A stretch of 64,000 bases of DNA from Macrostomum lignano (taxonomy: Eukaryota). The notes beneath the pieces are model-generated. The model was not told the DNA's origin, searched no databases, and saw nothing but the letters and a program-made list of their open reading frames with translations. Shown here one piece after another: positions 52,626 through 63,870 of this stretch. Location: NCBI GenBank assembly GCA_002269645.1, contig NIVC01000718.1:1-64000 (forward strand), read 5' to 3'. Within the stretch, counting starts at the first letter, position 1. The number at the start of each line of letters is the position of its first letter. A program made the position numbers and the translations under genes.

Positions 52626-53889
52626 GATAAAAGGTTGGTGGGCTACCCTCAAAGGGGCGCGGTACCCACCCGGCCGCTCCACCTGACCGGGCAGTAGGCC
52701 AATAGCACCCTCAAGGCTGGCCCGACACCAGGAGGGGGACCGCTTGCGACCGGACTACTCCCCGGCCTTCCAGCCCATCGGCACGGTCAACACCTTAGGC
52801 ATTAGAGAGTACGTTGAGCAGTACCACGGCCTGCAGGTTGGCGAGCCAGACCCGCATACCCAAATTCGGCCGAAGCCACTGGATAGGGTCGCCAGCGCCG
52901 GAGCCCAGTCTGTCCAGCAGCCCTAGGGACTGCCTTGAACACACGCGGGGACGAGTACCCTGGGTCGACTTGCGAGACAGCGTGGGGGGGGGTCTGCGGC
53001 TGCCAGAGGCAAATAGAGGGTGCAGACCTCCCACCAGCCTTGACCTGCTGAAGATAGGGGCAGGCGTGAAGCATCGCAGACCTTAGCCCATGGGCCTAGT
53101 CTGTCTCATACTTCACTGGCATGCTGAATACGCCTTCGCGTGCAATTTTATGACACTATTATATTACATTACTTCGGCGCATTAAACTATCCCAATGTCC
53201 AGGTTGGCATGTCTTCTGTGTGCAATTCTAGGGGAAATGAAAATTGAATGGGAGCTCTGCAGTTTGCGCTGGTAAACAGCAAAAGTGCGAAAGAGAAGAG
53301 AGATGGAAAGAAAGAAAGAAAGAAAGAAAGAAGGTTGCAGGAGGCGGCTCAAGAATCGGACTTGGTAGACGCGGGAGGCCAAGTGATGGACTACTTATTC
53401 TGTTTGATTCGCGGCAAGATAAGCTGCCTGGGATTAATTCGAGTGAAGGCACAGGCTCCCCCGCCCTGGGTTGCCTCGCTCACACGCAGACACCAAAACA
53501 ACCCAGCAACTCACTTTACGTATTTGGCTCCGTAGCTACAACGTATATGAAATTTAGCAAAGCTGCTAATATATTGCTTTTAGTTTTGTTAGTCTGACAT
53601 GCGATTCGAAAACAGGAGGTAAAGAGGGACAAGGGCGAACCCAGGAAAACATGTTGCTTTTCTATTTTCAACATTCTTCCTTTAGAGATGATTAATTAAG
53701 CTGGGATTTTCTCCAACTGGGGTTGGAGGGGGGAGGGCGGATGCAAACGGAGCGACGGACTGCACTTTTACTGTTGACTGAATGAGTTTTCACGGGCACG
53801 TACCCGTTAGCTCCGGTATACGAATATTTAATAAGGTATAGACAATAACAAGGCCTCCGAAAATCTGAAAATCTTGTAGGTTCCCTGCA

Positions 53890-54418
53890 AAAACATCGGG
53901 TGCTCCCAATAGAAACATCGGGTGCTCCCAATAGAAACATCGGGTGCTCCCAATAGAAACATCGGGTGCTCCCAATAGAAACATCGGGTGCTCCCAATAG
54001 AAACATCGGGTGCTCCCAATAGAAACATCGGGTGCTCCCTGCTGAAACATCGGGTGCTCCCTGCTGAAACATCGGGTGCTTCCTGCTGAAACATCGGGTG
54101 CTCCCTGCTGAAACATCGGGTGCTCCCTGCTGAAACATCGGGTGCTCCCTGCACAGACATCGGGTGCTCCCTGCACAGACATCGGGTGCTCCCTGCACAG
54201 ACATCGGGTGCTCCCTGCACAGACATCGGGTGCTCCCTGCACAGACATCGGGTGCTCCCTGCACAGACATCGGGTGCTCCTTGCACAGACATCAGGTGCT
54301 CCCTGCTGAAACATCGGGTGCTGCCTGCTGAAACATCGGGTGCTGCCTGCTGAAACATCGGGTGCTGCCTGCTGAAACATCGGGTGCTCCCTGCTGAAAC
54401 ATCGGGTGCTCCCTGCAA
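53890..54418. repeat. 22-bp minisatellite (aaacatcgggtgctccc + aatag/tgctg/tgcac), ~24 copies in variant blocks
   Basis: Direct inspection. Confidence 0.95.
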
Positions 54419-54592
54419 AAACAATCGATAGTCTCAATCAATTGTAGAAAAATAATCTCTCTAAGGCCTACATGTAAGGATAGTATTCGTATCAGATCTT
54501 TCATACTTCTCAAGGTGTTCAAAATCCATTACCTGACAGGTGCCTCAACAACTCGTCGTTCCCGCGGTCAGCAACAACCCCAATCGAACGGG

Positions 54593-57500
54593 ATGGCTCC
54601 GAACTCGGCGGAGCATTTCTGCCGGCTGCTGGACATTGAGTACTACCCCTACATCGTCGTGGCTCCTTTCACCTTCTTAGCTGGCCTGGCATTCGCATTC
54701 TCAGCATTCGTGTTTCACCGTTTGAAATCCGATTCCAACAGCGTTACGGGATTCCTAACCATCGTCATCACGGAGATGCTCGTCTGCCTAAGCAGCGGCG
54801 CCTGTTTAAGCTTGAAGCTGGCGAACATTGCCGAGAATCGAGCCGCCTGTTTGGATGGCAGCATCGATCAGCTGCTGCAGAATAATGCCACCACCAACCT
54901 GTCCAGTTCGTTGTTCAGCATCAAAGATGCTACCGAAAATGCTACTACAACCAGCAGTCTGTCCAGCGTTTCAAAGGGCGGAAAGTACTTTCCAATTCCT
55001 CTGCTAGTGGCTTTCTATTCGACAAACTACCTGCTGTTCGCTAGAAACTACTGCATTGTGGTCAAGACCACGCTCACTTTGGTGGCCATCGCTTCGCCGA
55101 TGCGGTCAAGGGTCACCTTGACAGCCGCCAAAGCCAGGACCGCCTTTGCCGCCTGTTACATTTTCGCTCTGGTGCCTAACTGCATCCGGTAAGAGCAGGC
55201 CTGCTTGAGTATGATATTGATCATAGCCTGATCATAGAAGAAATTTTCCGTCAGGTAAAAGTACTTCAATGCTTGAAGCTGATCGTAATTGCGTGTACAA
55301 ATTTCAGGGCTTCATGGCTTAAATCTAAACCTAGCAAGTAACCAAATGCATTGTTATGACAGATTGACAGTTTTTGCGATGACGTGTGTTGCCTACCGCT
55401 GCGCTGCTTGCTTTGATACACGTCAGCAGATCGCTAGAAGTGTCAAGTGGGAAAAACTTTTATTGTCAATCCGCAGCAAATTGCACTTTACAGAATAGAA
55501 CTTCAAAGCATTTGGTTTGCAGTGACTGACGTCAGAAAAAACTCTTCGATCATTGCAGATTTTTTGAAGAATTTCGTCCTCTAAGACTGATCCACATTCA
55601 ATGCGGAATAATTAAAACAAAATTTCAACTTATGTGTGAGTGTAGGAAAAACGAAGGTTCTTGAGACTATGCGGATTTTCTTAGAAATACATTAGATCCC
55701 TTTTTCTTTATGGGAAAATCGGTTGAATATAGAGAAGGCAATACAATCACTCTTCCCCTGAAGTAGGATATTGGTCCATGAAATATACCAAGAAAGCGGT
55801 TTGTTTCCCATGGATCAGTGTCCTTATAGTAGCCTAAAACAATGTTCACTGAAATCATATCGCATTGTCTGTACACCGTACAGGTATATTAATTAGTCCA
55901 GTACTAGCTGGCTGTTATAGTTAGTATTTACTTCACACTAGGGCCTCTGAATTGAATATTTATAGTAAAATTCAGACATGGATATGCAGTTAAATACTTC
56001 AATAGATTCAATCCATTCGCACCTGCATATATCAACATTTGCACCTGTGTAATAACTACCTTTATATGCACCTTGACACCTTTAATTTTTTTACCGTAAG
56101 TACTGCGAAAAAATCCATATAATAGATGAGCAAGGGGTAAAAACTATATATTCTACAGCTGTCACTTCAAAAAGCTAAAAGCACAACAGACTTTGTTTGT
56201 CAATCAAGATTTTCAAGCCTTGTCAGTGGTAGGCTTATGAGAAGGGACATTTTAAATCGATCTCTTCCATAGACATTTGATTTTGTTTCACAAGTTTTTG
56301 TTGGTATGTACACTGGTGTTGAGGGTTTGGCCATAGACAAAAGTCTTGAGGAGATGAGCTGACTGTCAGTGTGAAATTTATGCCTTTATATTTTTTGGCT
56401 TTCATTGCTTCTCAAAATGCCTAACAGTAGGCGAACACACGAAGAAAGTCGAAACAGTGTGTGCATTTTATGCTTTCGCAAGGGTGACCGACAATTGACT
56501 GTAAGTCTGGAAGCCTTAATCGAGTGCTATGTCCTGCCTGGATTTGCTCAACACCGAGAATTTCTGCCGTCAGGTATCTGCAACTCCTGCCGGATCAAGT
56601 TGTCATCGCAGAACAGTGCAGCACCAGCACCTCTTCCGCCTCGCTTGCCATACGAAAAAGTAATAGATGATCTGCACTACCTTCCACCACTCACTCGTGA
56701 ACGTCCTGAGTGCAGCTGCTGGATCTGCAATGTCGCCTCCAGCAGGGCTAACAAGAACGTGAATGTAGCGCACCCCTACATGTCAGAGGAGTTCAATTCA
56801 GGGGTAGCAACTCCACTTGGCCGTCCTCTGAACTGTGCACCTGGATCCGTGAAAGACAGCGTCAAACATTGCGGCACATGCTCGTCACCAGTGGCGCGGG
56901 AGTGCGACATGAATGCGGACAAGCCGCGAAGCTGCGCTACCTCAGCACCTTGAGTCCAAGTTCAATGGAGCATGTAGCCTGCAGTTTTCTCCGCGAAAAA
57001 CTAAACGCAGCAGACGTGTCTTCTTCCGGAGATGCTGCAACAGCTAGTCTGTCTTCTGGTTTCGGTGGGCATCCAATCCAAGTCCAAGCTGTTGACACAT
57101 CAACCAGCCATGTCCCACAAATGTTGCACAGCACAATGAGGGCCATGAAAACTGCCTTGAACCTAAGCACCAACCAGACCATTCAAGCTGCGCAAGTGAT
57201 AAGAGAGGCGTCTGGCAACAGAAAAGCAATTCAACCTGGATTGAAGGAGTTCCTGTTTTCTGAAGGCCAGAGTGTCGCTCATTTCTTTGCTGTGGAGCAG
57301 CTCCAGTTCATCTGCAAGCAACCATCTGGGCAAGTAATTTCAATTGATCGTTCAGCTGTGTTCTGTTGCAATGTGAGTGAGTTCTTGGCTTATGTTTGCA
57401 GTTTGAGAGGCATGGCTGAGATGGAACATCATCTCAAGCTTGGAATTGATGGTGGAGGGAATTCATTGAAGATTTGCATCAGCGTTACTGATAGTGATGG

Positions 57501-60500
57501 GCTCCCGGCGCAAGCTTCAATGCCTGGGCCATCCAATAGATTTCTCAACTCGGGGGTTAAAAAGCTTTTCGTCCTGGCCATTGTAGAGGATGTCAAAGAG
57601 TGTTACGAGAATGTCAAAACTCTATTATCCACCATGGACATCAGTTCCTTCCTATTCACTTTGGCCTGTGACTTCAAGCTAGCCAACATCATCTGTGGCA
57701 TTCAAAGCCATGCTTCGACGCATCCTTGCCTTTACTGCGAGGGCAAGTCTCCATGGACCACTCCAGCACCAAGCAGAACACTTGGCTCAGTGAGGCGGCT
57801 GGCAAACGAGTTTCAGTTGGCCGGCGGACATCAGCCTGCTGCCAAACACTTTGCCAACTGTGTTCAGTCTCCACTGCTGCCTGGACTGGATTCCACTGAA
57901 CTGATTGAGTTGGTGCCACCACCTGAGCTGCACATTATGCTTGGCATTGTGAACCGTTTGCTGGATGAGCTCAACAACCGATGGGGCAATGATATGGCCT
58001 ACAAGTGGGCCCATGGAGCAGGGATCTGTCGTCAGCAGTATCATGGAGGTTGCTTGGAAGGTCCAGCATGCAAGAAGCTGCTTCTAAAGGCTGGCGAGCT
58101 ATGGAACATTTTACCTGCGCACCTGAAAATGTTTGCCGTTGCACTTCAGGATTTCAATGCAATTCGGCTAGCCTGCTTTGGCCAAACTCTTGCCAATGAC
58201 TTTGCTTTGCATATTGCTCGATTTCAGACGACATGCCAGTTCCTCCAGCTAAATGTGACACCCAAGATGCATGCACTATTCCACCATGTGCCAACATTCT
58301 GTTCAAAGTCTGGCAAGGCATTGGGGAGCTTTAGTGAGCAGACAGTGGAGTCAGCTCACAGTGATTTCGAGGCCACCTGGCAAAGATATCGGCGCCCTTT
58401 CAATCATCCACAGTATGCCGCAAACCTTCTTCAGGCTGTTGTGAACTATAATTCGTTTCATATTTGAACTTCTAACGTTATGGTTTGATCAACTGGACAT
58501 AAACTGACTGACCTTGCCTGATTTATTTGTTTCTTCAATAGTGAGTTGCTAGTCTGTTTTAGTTGTATTGTATGGTTCTTTGTATTGTATTGTCTTTTGT
58601 ATGGTTCTATTTCTGGTTTCTATTTCTAAACAATGTTCTATTCAGCAACATCTTTCGTATACATTCAGAATACAAGCAACTTTTTAGACTTACTTATTAT
58701 ATCACTTTCAATCACTGTGGATTTTTTCGCAGTACTTTCGGTAGAAAAAATTAAAGGTGTCAAGGTGCATATAAAGGTAGTTATTACACAGGTGCAAGTG
58801 TTGATATATGCAGGTGCAAATGGATTGAATCTATTGAAGTATTTAACTGCATATCCATGTCTGAATTTTACTATAAATATTCAATTCAGAGGCCCTAGTG
58901 TGAAGTAAATACTAACTATAACAGCCAGCTAGTACTGGACTAATTAATATACCTATACGGTGTACAGACAATGCGATAGGATTTCAGTGAACATTGTTTT
59001 AGGCTACTATAAGGACACTGATCCATGGGAAACAAACTGCTTTCTTGGTATATTTCATGGACCAATATCCTACTTCAGGGGAAGAGTGCAATACAATAAT
59101 ATATGGCTGCAAGCCTAATCCTTCCCAGTCAATCCACCATACAATTGATTTAACTTGTTCCTTAATTCCTTTTTTAGCCCCAAGAAGTAGATAGGAAATG
59201 GGAAGACTCCCAAAAAGTTGGCAGTCTGCCCTGGCAGACCCGCAGATCAATGGTCGCATGAATCAATATATTTTCGTGAGGCCGCAAACACAATGAGGTC
59301 AGAAATTTCTGTAGCGCTTTAGTAATCGTAAAAAAAGATTTGTAAATCTGACTACAATTTTGCCGTACAACACGTGGGCATTATTGTGTAATTAATTGGA
59401 TCCCAACCACAAGTGTCACCTAAATTCTAAGTGGCGTGTTTTCCAACAGCCGTTAATAATTCTTGTTTATTTGAGCTCTCCTTCAGCTACGAGCGGAGTT
59501 AGTGGATCTTTTCACATGTAGTGGGTAGTGTGTTTTTTTGGCTGCAGTTTAAACCAGGGGCGTCACCACGGGGGGGACATGTACTCCCCAGTAAAAGCTA
59601 TGGGGGACATGCCAATGCTTTGTCGACCTCCCCACACTCCAACTTGTGACCCGGTATAAAAATAAATAATTTTGATTCAGGGCGCCAAAATGAGTGCCTG
59701 CGGCGCTAAAATGAGTGCCTGCGGAGCTAAAATGAGTGTCTGTGGTGCTAAAATGAGTGCCTGCGGCGTTAAAATGAGTGCCTGCGGCGCTAAAATGAGT
59801 GCCTGCGGAGCCAAAATGAGTGCCTGCGGCGCTAAAATGAGTGCCTGCGGCGCTAAAATGAGTGCCTGCGGAGCCAAAATGAGTGCCTGCAGTGCTAAAA
59901 TGAGTGCCTGTGGCGCTAAAATGAGTGCCTGCAGTGCTAAAATGAGTGCCTGCGGCGCTAAAATGAGTGCCTGCGGAGCCAAAATGAGTGCCTGCAGTGC
60001 TAAAATGAGTGCCTGTGGCGCTAAAATGAGTGCCTGCAGTGCTAAAATGAGTGCCTCCGACGCTAAAATGAGTGCCTGCGGTGCTAAAATGAGTGCCTGC
60101 GCTGCTAAAATGAGTGCCTGCGGCGCTAAAATGAGTGCCTGCGGCGCTAAAATGAGTGCCTGCGGCGCTAAAATGAGTGCCTCCGACGCTAAAATGAGTG
60201 CCTGCGGTGCTAAAATGAGTGCCTGCGGCGCTAAAATGAGTGCCTGCGGCGCTAAAATGAGTGCCTGCGGCGCTAAAATGAGTGCCTGCGACGCTAAAAT
60301 GAATGCCTGCGGCGCCAAAATGAATGCCTTCGCTAAATAAGAGCTGATAACACGGATTCTGAAAATAATGTACATGTAGGAATTTATTCATGTATGTACA
60401 TGTCGAATTCTTGGCTTCCCCCTTCCCTCACCATGAAAACCATAGCGAGCCCCCATGGTTTAAATTATCGTTAATGAGCTGCTCATGCAATCTCGGTACC

Positions 60501-61402
60501 GTTCTGCTAAGGTGAAAGAAAAATAAGAAAATTTGCTTTCTGGCAAACGTCAAGTCTGTAAGAAATCAAGGATTTAGCCAGCGAGAGCTTATGACAATTA
60601 TCGAGCCATCTTCAAAGCATCAAGAATAGAAATTCAGGTTTTTCTGTATCATAAACTCAACAAACTAGCCAACAGCCTCCTTAAACGCCTTCAAATCCCA
60701 ACCAGATTCTCAGCCGAAGCAGTCAACATCTACGTGAGAACGGACCTGATTCCGCACTACATCCAGCTGCTGTCGCACAATCACGACACAATTCATGCTG
60801 TAATATTCGCTCTGCAAGGTCCTGTACCAGCCAGCCTAGCTTTCACCATCTCCCTAGTGATCTCCTGGAGGCTGTTGCGTCACAAAGCCGGTCATCAGTT
60901 GTTGACAGCTGACGATTTGACAGCTCCAAGCGGTAGCAGCGGCGGAGGGGGCGACAGCCAATTGCGCAGGTTGTCCCTGTCACAGAGAGTTCGCGGCGTC
61001 ATCACTCGCGGCGACAGCAGCGCCTTCGAGAGCGTCAGCGGAGCGACTGCGACGGGAAACGGCAACGGTCGACCGCAGGTCTCAGCCAGGGCGGTGCTGC
61101 GCGTGATGCTAGTCGCTCTGATTTTTGCCCAGTGCGAGGTTCCGACTACGGTTCTGGCCGCGCTAGACTCGGGCGAGGAGACAGCCAAGGTGGTGATCAG
61201 TCGAGTTGTTGGCAATCTATTCATCATAGCCGATTCCTACTTCAACTTTGTGATTATCGCCCTCACAAATCGGAGATTTTTGCGCAAATCGGCCGACCTG
61301 ATGGCGCGCAAGCCGGACAGATTGAGACACGTGGCCGGACTCTCGGCCAGACACCTGCCGATGCCAGCTAGGGAGGCCATCTTCAGGCAGGTGCAGACGT
61401 AG
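54593..61402 (+). CDS. Rhodopsin-like (class A) orphan/peptide-type GPCR, 430 aa; exons 54593-55188 and 60706-61402
   Basis: Seven hydrophobic segments, TM3 ARNYCIVV...LVAIASP, TM6 IFAQCEVP, TM7 DSYFNFVII. Donor CG|GTAAGA and acceptor cccaaccag|A have matching phase 2; 1293 nt. An upstream acceptor at 54539 may add a 5' exon or spliced leader. Confidence 0.82.
55748..59088 (+). mobile_element. Complete Chapaev-like (CMC; Transib/RAG1-related fold) DNA transposon, 3341 bp, inside the GPCR intron
   Basis: TIRs 55748-56117 and 58718-59088 (~370 bp, about 7 differences); termini CAC...GTG; flanked by direct CAAT (extendable to CAATACAAT). Confidence 0.9.
56417..58467 (+). CDS. Chapaev-like DDE transposase (~683 aa after repairing one 1-nt frameshift at 56898-56900)
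   Basis: N-terminal H-x7-C-x2-C...P-x3-C-x2-C...C-x-C-x2-C zinc-finger pattern. Core GIDGGG (D), ACDFK (D), HPCLYC, PELH, TPKMH...HH, SEQTVESAH (E). Confidence 0.88.
59555..60335. repeat. caggggcgtcacc/G-run head followed by a 21-bp minisatellite (aaaatgagtgcctgcggcgct, ~31 copies, 59678-60335)
   Basis: Direct inspection; related to 11924-12154. Confidence 0.9.
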
Positions 61403-63711
61403 ATCAGCCAGGTGTATCACGATTCATGGAACGCTCGAAAAGATCGCTAGAAAAAAAACTAAAAAAAAATAAACCAGAATGACCATCACTAATTATTTTT
61501 TACATCAACTGAATTGGAGTGAGACACAGCCAAGCACAGACAAATTATCAACAAGCATGGTAAAAACTTGATAAGAAACCACCGCTGACACAACCACAAC
61601 CTTGAAAACTGTGTGGCTTCAAATCTAATCAAATCAAATATTTGATATTGTATTAATTCAGCTGAAGTTTCGACAATCAAAACTGAAAAAATCTTTCTAA
61701 GCGTTTCAGATGTGTAATTGACACAAAAATATTCTCTTTGCGGGTTAAAACTGCATGTACAGTACTGAATCGTTATTGAACATTGTAGCTATCAGCTTCT
61801 TCATTCCAATTCCCGTATTTAAATACAGAACATTTTGCGTCTGCAGCACACATATTGTTCCTTTCGATATTAATTGTAGTCTAGCTCCATATCTTGTAAA
61901 AACCCTAGCAGTTTCCCCAAAACATTTAAAAGAAGAATTCCAATCAAAAGAATGCATATCCTTCACTACATGTATGTATCATCAGCGTTAAAGTTCAAAT
62001 CGGTTTTGATAAATGCAGCTGTCCGCAGTAAGTGGTTTAGTTCTTTAATTTTCATGTTTCTAAGTTGGTCGTTATAACGTTCATTTTTGTGCCGGGTTTT
62101 TTGTTTATCTTCATGGGCGTCGAAACTCACGATTAACTCGAGGTTTGTTAATGAACCTATTCCCGATAAAAAACTAGCTAATTATCGCATTTCAATATTT
62201 TAAGACGTGTGGCAAGGGACGACGATCAAATATTGATTCACATTTATTAATCACAAAATAGCACACCTTAAAAACTGTATGCGTATCAAGCCATTGACTG
62301 TAAAAGTTTCGAGCATACATATATAACTGTCAAATGTTGAAATGTTCTTGTGTTAGCTGGCCATATGGCATGTTAAGTATAGCTAAAACTCAAAACTTTA
62401 CCTAATAATGTTTTTTCTACAACTCAGATTAATTCTATATGTACATGTCACGGTTCTTTTACATTTAGGATATTAGCTGCATGATGGTACCAGAAAATAA
62501 GAAATACACCGAAACAAAATTTAGTACCGAAAATATTGTTTTATTATTTTGTTTTAATGATTTTCCGTACACGAATGCAGCAAAGTTTTATTTTATTTTT
62601 TATCACTGTAACTTTTCACTACTTGGACTACATGCGTGTATCTCGATACTCATAACGTAAATAAACTGTATATAGCACTGTCTGTTTATATGTCAATTGT
62701 ACTTTATTTAGATTCGGGTATTAATAAAAATAAAATAATTATCAGAAAAATCCACGTATCAAAAGAAAGTAGTTTAATAAGTAATGACCAACAGCAGATA
62801 AACAAATTTTTTAAAGTTTAACATGCACAAGCGGAAGCAGCATTTTTCGCTCTACGCGCATGCATTAGATAAAAGCAGATTGATTTGGCCAATTTAGCAA
62901 GAATTTCGTCTAGGATGTTTTCCATCCGGAGGATTTCTCTCGAACTCTACATGCATACACCTTGTTTATTATTTCAGGGATTTACATGTACTCTTTTTAA
63001 GCGAGGATTATACCAACTGTGCAATTAAGGCTTTTGCGGTTTCTGCAGATCGAGTTTCGATCCAAAATAAAATATTTGCAATTCGCTCTACTGATTAGTA
63101 GAAAGTTAAGAAACTTAGGAAATTTGGTAAAATTTGGTTAAAAATGTCAAAACAGACGAAAAATTGAACGATCGAAAGCAGACAGAGAGAAAGAGGTACT
63201 TCGTAGAAGAGAGTTGTTCAGCGTAAAGTTGACTTAACCTAGCAGCCGTTGGCAAATAAAGCCCATAATTGTATTGATTCAATTCGTTCACGGCAACCAC
63301 ACTGCACTGCACACAACGCTATGCGAGGGCACATCCTGCCCCACTGAACCAATGGTCCTGTTATATACCACACCATACTCTGTAGACTTTTTGCAGAAGC
63401 ACTTTCATTCTCGTATTATGGTTCTTTTGAAGCAACATCGCTACACACCAATTGCTTGAGTGAAAAAATCAGTGTTAATACACCTGTTCTTTAGTTAATG
63501 TTGACTGCAATTAAAAGCTTGTTAATTGAACGCAAATGTTTAGACCCATGTGAAATTACACTACTGCAATTAAGTGAAATCTTATTATTAATTTGTCAAA
63601 AGCTTTCTAGAGATTGTTAAACATATTTAATTAGTGTATTTTTATAACGCTGTTACGTCTAGTAGTCCTTAGTAATAATTATAACTAGTATTATCTCCAT
63701 AAGTATTACCC

Positions 63712-63870
63712 AAATTAAATGCTGGCACCGATTTTACAGCTGGGTGCAAGCTGAAGCAATGCAGAGTTAAGTGTCTTCATGCTCAAGGACACAAATAGTT
63801 CCAAGTGCGTCAAGAATCGAACCCCCGACTGTTCAGTCGTGACTCCGACGCTCTAACCGCCAGGCTAAAA
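63712..63870 (-). mobile_element. tRNA-derived SINE (A box, B box, CORE/MIR-like body)
   Basis: Minus strand reads tagcctggcggttagagcg (A box) ... ggttcgattc (B box) ... tgtgtccttgagc..agacacttaactct. A second copy is at 30871. Confidence 0.78.

Larger units (their letters stand above)
47249..53142 (-). mobile_element. Full-length (5.9 kb) non-LTR retrotransposon of the R1 group, probably LOA/Lian-like
   Basis: 12-bp TSD CAATTTTATGAC at 47237-47248 and 53143-53154; (AAGTC)n 3' tail; ~520-nt 5' UTR; ORF1 plus APE-RT-RNaseH-CCHC ORF2. The clade call rests on domain order and an ORF1 style recognised by eye. Confidence 0.93.

Noticed and set aside
55748-55800. RSS-like 12/23 heptamer-nonamer at the transposon ends
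   Set aside because: Only CAC matches; no ACAAAAACC-like nonamer at 12 or 23 bp, the two ends are symmetric, and there is no RAG2-like ORF.
59549-60391. AAGTHFS / KMSACGA / ALILAPQ repeat proteins
   Set aside because: A 21-bp intronic minisatellite open in several frames.
63800-63870. tRNA gene
   Set aside because: A and B boxes are present but no complete cloverleaf or acceptor stem was seen, and it continues into a SINE body.
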